NCBI GenBank assembly: GCA_022813865.1
Contig: JALDZX010000094.1
Coordinates: 1-46,962, forward strand
Reading direction: 5' to 3'
DNA from: Xylographa opegraphella
Taxonomy: Eukaryota
Length of the DNA: 46,962 nt
The position numbers were made by a program, and so were the translations under genes. Under the pieces are notes generated by a model. It was not told where the DNA came from. It did not search any database and saw nothing but the letters and a program-made list of their open reading frames with translations. Shown in pieces: positions 37,241 to 46,962 of this stretch; position 1 is the first letter of the stretch, and each line of letters begins with the position of its first letter.

Positions 37241-40200
37241 TGATAAGGTTCTGACCAATACTGTGTGAAATAAAAATCGAGGAAACTTTATTTCGAATGC
37301 CTCCTCTGCCCTTCTGCGAAGGCATGGAAGGCACAATCCTTTTATTTTAATCGCCTTTCTGCGAAGGCATAAAAAACATTTTAAAACAGAATTTTTATAT
37401 AAAATAAAGAATTCCCTTTATTATAAAAGGCGTATTTAAATTAAATTATAATTTTAAACTACTAGGCCTCAATACAATATTATACAAAAATTATTATCTT
37501 TTAAAAATTATGAATTTATTACCGTATTTTCTATTAACGAATTTAATTTAAATCCCTAATCGAATTATATTAAGAAAAAACAGAATCGTAATACTTTAAA
37601 TATTTTTAATATAAATATATCAAGAGCACGAACAAACTCAACCCCAAATATTATAAAAAATAACAGAAAGAATACTATAAAAACCGCGTTAAATTAAAAA
37701 GATTTTATAAATATAAAAAAATAAAAACTATCTAAAAAACTGACTTATACAAATGGACATATTTTTCGGGTTTTAGGGGAACAATGTTTCAACGTAAAAA
37801 AATTACTTTTTGCTATTACGTCTATATAAAAATAAGTTTAAAAATAAGTTATTATTTATTTTAAAAAATATTTTAAAAATTTTGATAATAAAATTTTTAA
37901 ATGGTTAAAAAGCTTCGCGACGTTTAAAACCGAAATTAATTTTTTTTAAATTATTTAATAAAAGAAATATGGCTATACGAATTATATAGTATTTTGAATA
38001 AAAAGAATTTCGCGCGAAATATTCAACTCGATTTTAATAATTCGTAATTTAAACGAAGTAAAACGACGATGCCTTAATTATAATATACCGCAGAAAATTC
38101 AAAAACTTGATGAAAAATAAGTTAATAAGAACTAATACCGCAATTAAAATTATAAATTAAATAATCAAAAAATGCATATAATTCAACGATAAATTATATA
38201 GAAAAGCTATAAAACGCAGATATAAAACCGAAGGCGCAGTAAAAATTAATTATCAAAAAAGCGATTTTAAAGTAAAAAGAAAATTATACAAAACGCCAAA
38301 CCCCTATAAATCAATATCAATGGAAATAAAAGTATTTTAAAAATAAAAATAAAAATATAAAAAATAATATTCCTAGGGAAGAAACACAGAAGTTATTTAT
38401 TATATATATAAAAAAATCGGCCATATTGCTAAAAATTATCGGTCGAAAAACAAAACATGAAATAAGAAATAAATATATATTTAAAATTTTCGATAAAACC
38501 GAGATTTTAGAGAAAACAATTAAATGTTTTTATATAAGGAAAAGAATACGAAATTTACTCTAATTTTAAACGATTAGGTTAATTGTAACGGCGTGTTACA
38601 TGGCACCTTAACAAGTGATAGACGGAACGGGACTAAAGCGCGTCCGGGACTCAGGCTAGTTCGAAAGCGGTTAGGAGTCTTGGCGTTAGCACTGTTTATT
38701 TTAACTCCTACGTGTATTACTAAACTTGCTTCCTTATATTATTCTAGGTTGAAATCGCTCACCTATAGCTGTGGTTCTAGGCCTGCTTTTCTGGTGAGAT
38801 AGCGAGCTGTAACATTAATATTAGCGAAACGCGCGAGAAAATTAATTTATAAAATAACCTTTAAATAAAAATTAACAACAACGAAAAAAACGATTTAAAT
38901 ATTGATAACTTGCCAATCGAAAAAAATCTCGAAATACAAAATATGCAGTTAAATAATTAAAAAAAGTAAATTTATAAAAAACTTAACGAGCCAACAACGC
39001 CGATATATACTAAAAAAAATAGATAAAATTATCGAGTATACCCAGAATATTTATATTGCAATATCATATACAGTAGTATTTATATAAATATATACTGCAA
39101 AATTTATCAGAAAAACCACGAGTACAATAATTATAGAAAAAACTTATTATAATATTTAAATTTAAATAAATACTTTAAAAATAATTTCCCTAAATACTTG
39201 AAAGAAAAACGAAAATATTTATAATTTTTAGAATATATATAAGAATTTTGCCGTTATTATAAACAAAACCCGTTCGAAGTAAAAAAACTGCGAAAAACCT
39301 ACTATAACAATGATATTTTTATAAAAAATATATATAATATACAAAAAAATTAAAAAAATTTACGACTACCTCGAACAGAAAAAGAAATAATTTTATATAT
39401 TATAAAAAATATATATATAAATTAATATAATATACTTTAAAATACGCTAAAAGAAATCAGGCTGTATAAATTTTATAAAAATTTCGATTAAAATAAACGA
39501 TTATCGAACAATCATATTATTCAATACTAAAGCTAATTTAAATTATATATCTAGTACTTTCGTGGAGAGCTGCGGTTTTAAATTTTTAACTTTAAAATAA
39601 ATTTAAATAATAATAGTCGACAGGTTATCAAAAAAAACGAACGGTATATAAAATCACTTTCTGTCGTTATTTATTAATACTATAAAAATAATCTTTAGTA
39701 TAATTACTATAATTAGATACTATAGTATTTTAAATTTATTTCAATAAATTAAATACAACGAATTTTTAAATTAAATTGAAAACATTTACTAAAATTCATA
39801 TTAATCGCGTTATTAATATATGTTTTATATATTAATAAAAAACGGTAATAAAAAATCGAAAATCGATCAAATTTATAAAAATTTTATTTTCGAATAACAA
39901 GAATTTTACTCAAGAGTTCGACTCGATACGTACCGACAAAAATTAATAAAGTAAGTTAAGTTAAAAATTAAAAAAACGCAACGCACCTCTTGACATCCCT
40001 AAAAAATATAAAACGTAAATGTAAATTTTTTTAAAAACACAAAAAAGGTTTAACGCCTTATTTAGGCACTGATCTTAAAACTGCGAAATTAATCTCGAAT
40101 TAGGGAAAACCCCAATATTTAAATCCAAATATAATATATTAAAAAAAGAACTTCAAGAACTTCGAAAATATATTAATAAAAATTTAAAAAAAGAATTTAT

Positions 40201-43200
40201 ACGCGAATTAAAATCTTTAGTAAAATACCTCGGAATATTTATATTTAAAAAAACGGAAGCTTGAAATCTTATATTAATTATCGAAAGTTGAAAAATATTA
40301 TTGTTAGAAATTGATATTCGCTATTAGAAATCAGCGAAATACGAAATAAATTTAATAAAGTAAAAAATTTTATTTAATTTAATCTTAAAAACGTATATAA
40401 TTAGATTAAAATAAGAAAGGCGAGAAATAAAAACCGCATTCCGAGCTAAATACAAATATTAAATTATATTTTTTGAATTAATTAATATACTAGCTATTTA
40501 TTAGGTATTAATTAATAACGTATTAAAAACGTATTTAAATTTAACCATAATAATTTATTTGAACGACATTTATTTACTCGAAATTAGCAAAAAAAAATAT
40601 AAAGTATATACAGAAAATACTTATATGCTTAAAAAACGAAATTATTTTTTAAATTAAAAAAATATAAATTCAGCAAGAGCGAAGTAGCCTTTTTAAAATT
40701 TATAATTAATAGAAACGAAATTTAATTTTTTTTTAAAAAAAATACGACTAATATTTATATAGTTTTAACTAATAATAGCAAAAAAGGTTTTAAAACTTCT
40801 AAAGTTTACGAACTTGAATAAAACTTTTATTAAAGATTATTTTAAAAAGGCGATATCTCTGACGAATTTAATACATTAAAATATAAATTTCAAATAGAAT
40901 TCGAAGCAAAAACGGGCCTTTAACAATTTAGAAAAATTGTATAAAATTATTAGTATTAATAATATTTTAAATTAAAAAATTTGTAAAAATAAAAACAAAC
41001 GTATCGAATTTAATAATAAATTTATATTTACCGCAAATTCAAAATAAAAAATAGTACCTTATTGTATACTATTCAAAAAAAAATTGTAGTAAAAAAAACT
41101 ATAATATTTATAATAAAAAACTACTTTTTATAGTAGCATTTATTTAAAATTGAAAAATATATATATAAAAATTTGCTTCGAGTTTATTATTTATATAAAC
41201 TATAAAAATCTGTCAAATTTTACGATAATAAAAATGCTTAATAAGAAATAAATAAAATAAGTAGAACTTTTAGGACAGTATAAAATTAAAATTATACATA
41301 TACCCAAAAAACAATAGAAAAACGAATATATTTAATAAAAAATTTAATGAATAAAAATCAATAAATGGAGTATTGCTACGAAAAAATAATAATAATTATT
41401 TTATTTTTACAAAATAAATCGCAACTTTCGAACTAAAAACGATTACCAAAGATTCAATAAAACTGTCAGCAGAAGAATTAATGAAATATTATTATAATAA
41501 TTTAATAAATAAATTTTCAAAAGTTATGAAAACAATAAAATTTATTGAAATAATTATAAATTCCCAAATAGAAAAAAATATGTAAAACAATATATTAAAA
41601 AATATATACTTTGTTAAAAAACAAATCAGCAAAACATGCGATATACGAAAATATTTCATTTTCGAATATTTTAAAGAAATTATAAAAATAAATTCTAATT
41701 AATTTTATCATTAAACTACCAAGGTCAGAAAATCCAATTAAAAAATAGAAATATAATTCAATAATAATATTTATAAATAAACTTATTAAGTACTCGATTA
41801 TTATATTTTTAAAGAAATATTTATACTAAAATCACTGGCTTTATTTCTATTAAATAAGCTAGTAAAAATTATGAATTTTCAGCAGAAATAATATTTAATC
41901 GAAATAAATTATTTACGTTAAATTTCTAATAGAAAATTTTTTAAATTAAAAGTTAAATTAAAGTTGTTAATCGTTTATTATTTATAAATAAACGATTAAA
42001 CAGAAAGAATAAACCAAAAATCAAAAATATATTTTAAATACTTTATTAATTTTAAACCAAATAATCGGGTATTATTATTACTTTTAAAACAATTGGCACT
42101 AAACGATAAATAATTTATAACAACGGGAATGTCGCCGTTTTTCGCAAATACGGGGCAATATTCGAAATTATTTAAAAAAAAAAGGCCGGGACCTAATACT
42201 AACAGGGCAATAATATTAGTCAAAGATTTAAAGAATACGCACGAAACGCTATCGACAAAAATTTAACAGAATAATAATAAAATTACTACTATAAAATGTA
42301 ATAATAAAGAATGGGTCTTAACTAAAAAAAGGGAATAAAATATACTTTTTATAAAAGTTTCTAATAATTAATAAGAATCGAAGCGAAAAGCTCGATTATA
42401 TCAAAGTCGAATCGTTTTTAATTAAATAAATTTGAAAATTAACTAATTACCTTCTCAATCTGCCAAAAAATACAAAAATATATTTAGTATTTTTTTATTA
42501 AAACCAGCGAACGCGAGTACTTTATTTTAAATAGTTTTTTAATATAATAAAACAAAATAAAATTCGAAATAAAGAAATGTTAAAATAGCAAGGTCAGAAT
42601 TATCTGGTCAAGCAAAAAAAATTCAGAATTAAATAATATTTAGGAACCACTTACCAGCCTTGAAAATTACCAGAAACTTTTTTAACAGTTTTATTAAATA
42701 AAGCAAAAAATCTTAAACGAAAAAGCTTTCAAAGTTTTTAAAATAAGAATTTAAAAGAATATAAAAAAACCTCGAAAAAATCGTTGGTAAAAGTTTTCGT
42801 TTTTTAACGTTTATTATTTCTTAAGGCTCCGATGTTAAATCTTTTACGTTAAATATTTCCCGTTTTTCGTTTTGAATATTTAAAAGCCGACTTTATTTAC
42901 AGTCAAGGGCTTGCTAAGCGTAATTTAAACTTTTTTTAATTTAATTATTTAACGTTTTATTTTATTTTTTTGTTTTTTCAAATTACGACGATCGATATTT
43001 ATAATAATTAAAAAGTAGCGGGCTGTAACGGCAATATAATTTACGCAGAACTTTTATTTCGAAAATTCTTTGTAAATTAAATTCTCCAAGGATATATCGT
43101 AAGCTTTTTTATTAGAAATACTGTACGATTAAACCTTTCGGCGAAAAGCACAAAATAAATTATATTTTAATATAATATAAAAAAATTATTAAAATTCTTT

Positions 43201-43592
43201 TGAAAGTAAAATTCTGGCGGGGGAAGTTAGTAATAAAATTTTCATTAATATTAGATAAAATAAAAGTCGAGGGAACTTTATTTTAAATACTTTTTTTACC
43301 CTTCTGCGAAGGCATAAAAGCCATAACTCTTTTATTTTAATCGCTTTTCTGCGGAGACATAAAAGGCATTTTAAAATACCATTTTTATATAAAATAAAGA
43401 ATTCCCTTTATTATAAGAAACGTATTTAATTTACATTATAATTTGAAAATATTAGGCATCAATACAATACTGTACGAAAATTATTATTTTTTAAAGAAAA
43501 TTATAAGCCTGACCGTGCTTTTTTATTATTTATCAACGAATTCACCCCAGATCTTCAATCGAACTATATTAAACAGAAGCAGAATCGTAATA
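37241..43592 (+). mobile_element. Ty3/Gypsy family A copy 3 (divergent subfamily), full length, RIP-inactivated
   Basis: LTRs 37241-37593 and 43231-43592. PPT GGCGGGGGAAGTTAG (43216-43230). Gag knuckle YYIYKKIGHIAKNY (38398-38439). Protease FNTKA (FDTGA) ~39520. YLNDI ~40556. Chromodomain NYLVK..*EPLTSLEN ~42598-42668. Flanks AATAT/AATAA. Confidence 0.95.
38584..38814. mobile_element. 231-bp solo-LTR-like insert, copy 2, not RIPed
   Basis: TG..CA ends. Perfect TSD TTAAT (38579-38583, 38815-38819). Near-identical to 6114-6344. Confidence 0.95.
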
Positions 43593-46500
43593 AATAAATA
43601 CTTAAAAATTTTAATATAAAGATTTTTTTTACGTAATAAATTTATTATTATTTTTACGTTTTTTACGTAATCTTTAAAATCGTTTAACAATATTAAAATA
43701 TCGTTAAAGTATATAATTGCCGTTTGATCAATTATCGAATTGTAAAATAATGTTAATATATAACTAAAATATCCCTAGGGTATTATAAAGATTGAAGGTA
43801 TAATATAATATTCGAAATTTTCATATCGCGTTCGAAACGTCGTTATTCATTTTCGATTATATTAAATTCGAATTAAATTAAATACCGCAATCAAGTTTAA
43901 ACGCATGAAAAGCCGAACTTTTAACAGTCGATTTGATAATTCGAGAATTAAAGAAAAAAAAGTATTGATTTTTTATCGTAATTTTATTTAAACCGCGATA
44001 ATTAATATACAATTTTAAAAAATTATTTTTTTAAAAAAAAATCGACGCGTTTATTAAATTTATAATTTTTTGATTTTTTAATAAATTTTAATACAAGATT
44101 CGTATTGATATAAGCTTTTAATATTTTAAATTTTAATTCGAAAAAATTGTACAGAGAATTTAAAAAAATATTATTTAATAAAAATTTAAATTTAAATTTA
44201 AAGTTAATTTTAGGGTAATATTTAAATCATATAATTATTTTAAATTCTCTAAAAATATTTATAATATTTATATATTTTTGGGAAATATAAGCAGTTTAAT
44301 ATCGGGTTCGATAATTTAAACTATTATTATTATATTATTAAATTCTAGGGTACGTAGTACGATATTTACGTTTATAAATAATATAAATAAAAAAATTTCG
44401 TAATAAAAAATTCCGAGATTTTTAAACAATTTTCGAATTATTTTTTATTAATTATAGTAGCTCGAATATTATATCGTAGTTTAACAAAAATTATTACTCG
44501 AAAAAGTTGCTTGTATTTAATTGCCTTAAGTTTTATAATTATAAAATAATAATTATTTATAAATTTTAAATTTTAAAATTTATTTTTTATCTTTTTAACT
44601 GCGAGAGCTGCCAGATTTACGAGCTTTAAAGTTTATACATTAATTTATATATATAAAACAAAATTTGTCGTTGCGTTGTAATTAATTAAATAATTTAAAA
44701 TAATTTCTTGCGTATAAATTTAAGTAATAAATAATATAAATTAATTAAAATCGTTAAATATAAATTATTCGAAATTAATAATATATTTTTCTACGATATT
44801 TTTACTTTCGCGACGAAGCGTTTCCCGCCGTAAAATTATTCGACTTTATATTATAGTTATTAATAAAATATTTATATAAATTATTCTTTAATCGGTGATC
44901 GCGCTCGTTATTTATTAAACATCTTTATTTTCAAAAAATTATTGCTTAATAAAGTAGTATTAATATTTAAAATATTTTACTAAATATATTTTTTTACTTT
45001 TTCGCGTTTATGTATTATTTACTTTTCGTCGAACGTAATATTTATTAGCGCCAAATCCATTTTTATTTAAAATACGATTGATTCAAAAACGGCGTATCTT
45101 TAAAGTAATTTAGAAAAATAATCGATTACAATATAATTTATTATTTTATTCGACAATTTTAATTTAAAAATAGTATGAACGGCCTGGTCGTTTTATATTA
45201 TATTGTTAAAAATATTTAAAATTATTAATGAACTTTCGAATTGGTTAATTCGAGCTATAAACAAATTGTGATAATAAACTTTTTGTTATTATATTTATAT
45301 CAATATTTTTATAATATATTTTAATTTAAAATTTAAAATAGTACTATAAAATAATCGCGGAGTGAAATCCTTTTATTTCAATAAACTGTTATTAATCTTT
45401 TATAATAGATTTATTTTTTAAATATTTAAACGTATATAATACCCGAGCTTTATTAATGAAAACGTATATAAATCTCGTTCGCAATTATTTTTTATATTTA
45501 TTAATTAAAACCTCGGGTCTTTGATTCTATTATAAATTAAAGATTTATTAAACGGGATTTTAAAAATGCCGTAATTTTTTCATTCGCTGTACGATAGTAA
45601 TAGTTTAAAAGTTTATATCAATAAAATAATAATAAAATTAAACGAAATTTTCGATAATTTCCCGTTTTAATATCATAATATTTAAATCATTAAGACTTTA
45701 ATATTTATAAATTTATTTAAAGTTTTTTAAAGACTATCGCGGAAATATTCGTAAAATATAAAAAAAAAATATACTGTACAATTAAATTTCGTTATTTACT
45801 AAAAGTTTTTTAAACTTTTTCGATTATATAATAAATTATACTCTAGGCCGAATTTAATAAATTAATCTCGCGAAGCGCGGGTTTTCGAGTATATATTAAT
45901 AATATATATTTTAATGCGAGTAAATACTTATCGAGGTTTATGAATATAAACTTATTAATATATAATAATCGTATATATATACGTACTACAGGTAAATAAC
46001 CCTTTACAGCTAGATTTCGATTAAATTTATTAAATAATATTAATAGTATTTACACGCGTAATTCGAGTAAATAATTATTTCGAATTTCTTTAAAAATATT
46101 TAATTCGTCGCTATCGCTATTAAATTTATAAATATCGATCGAATTTAAATTTTAAAGTTTTAAAATATAATCGTAATACTTTAAGCGAGTTTTTTTAATA
46201 CGGTTTTTTCACTAAAAAAGTCGTTTTGCAGTATATTTACCTCGTTATCAACTATAAAATCAAATATGATTATTTTATTAACATTTATTTCAAAAACAGT
46301 AGCAGTTTGAATGCGTATCGACGATAATATTATACAAAATAAACGTAAGCGATAAAGGCGAAGCGAAAAAGAAAATACGCTTGCTCGACCGAGCGGTTAT
46401 TACGAATAATTTTAATATATAAAATACAAGGTTTGGGCTCAGGGTGCAATACGTAATTGGATTTATTAAGCTGAAATTAAAAAGGGAAGTATTCAGGACC

Positions 46501-46644
46501 GCAGATTCTGATTATATACATATTGAACTTTTTAAACAGGAAGCCACGCTCAGGATGCGGGCAGCCGAAAATCACGCTCAAAATACAGATTGATAAATAA
46601 ATAAACAAGCAGATCGAAAGCTACTTCGAACCCTGTATTTTACA

Positions 46645-46710
46645 ATTATAATAATTTTCGAAAATTTATAAATATTCGAGCCTTAAATAATTAATAAATT
46701 GAATAAATTA
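46645..46710 (+). mobile_element. Resumption of Gypsy B RNase H after the C insertion
   Basis: Reads YNNFRKFINIRALNN**IE* (= HNNLRKFM...LN.RQ.RW), continuing the PIKILT motif that stops at ~34297. Confidence 0.7.
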
Positions 46711-46721
46711 TATTGAATAAA

Positions 46722-46962
46722 TTATATTGTATATTGTATATTGTATATTGTATATTGTATATTGTATATTGTATATTGTACATTGTATATTGTACATTGT
46801 ATATTGTATATTGTACTTTGTATATTGTACATTGTATATTGTATATTGTATATTGTATATTGTACTTTTAACTTTTTACTTTTTACTTTTTACTTTTAAC
46901 TTTTTACTTTTTACTTTTTACTTTTTACTTTTTACTTTTTACTTTTTACTTTTTACTTTTTA
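46722..46962. repeat. Compound heptamer microsatellite (TATTGTA/CATTGTA)n followed by (CTTTTTA)n, running off the window
   Basis: Directly visible. Confidence 0.95.

Larger units (their letters stand above)
34300..46644 (-). mobile_element. Ty3/Gypsy family C, full length, inserted in the RNase H of B and itself split by A3
   Basis: Direct-repeat LTRs ~34300-34573 and 46418-46644 with long terminal inverted repeats (TATAAAATACAAGGTTTG..CGAACCCTGTATTTTACA). ORF 36865-37128 FLNFTNFYRRFI. Minus-strand YFNDILI at ~43692-43712 and TTFRTRY at ~43823-43843. Confidence 0.9.

Noticed and set aside
6114..38814. The two 231-bp repeats as LTRs or direct repeats bounding one 32.7-kb element
   Set aside because: Each copy has its own TSD and interrupts a different host element.
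46722..46962. Telomeric repeat
   Set aside because: The units are 7-mers unrelated to TTAGGG/CCCTAA and change along the array.
1..46962. Organellar, Plasmodium-like or AT-rich bacterial DNA
   Set aside because: No rRNA, tRNA or housekeeping genes are present. The AT richness is explained by transition-only decay of recognisable fungal-type retrotransposons.

Overview
AT-rich, gene-free eukaryotic DNA made almost entirely of nested transposable-element relics. The relics carry massive C>T/G>A transitions with CpG largely spared, the signature of repeat-induced point mutation (RIP) in a filamentous ascomycete. No intact protein-coding or RNA gene is supported. I could resolve three copies of one chromovirus-type Ty3/Gypsy family (A1 ~64-6515 minus, A2 14969-21630 minus, A3 37241-43592 plus) and two other Gypsy families (B from ~31054 plus, C ~34300-46644 minus). 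There are three copies of one Ty1/Copia family, one complete at 11785-29470, and a Tad1-like LINE (~22141-27652). Five short un-RIPed TG..CA solo-LTR-like inserts have clear target-site duplications (TSDs). A long-TIR foldback element (8504-10633) carries a second TIR element inside it, and there are several tandem arrays. The most interesting signal is a RIP-eroded antisense ORF between pol and the 3' LTR of family A that reconstructs to a Zn2Cys6-like cluster plus a coiled coil. All protein calls come from manual translation with mental reversal of RIP changes; no database search was run.
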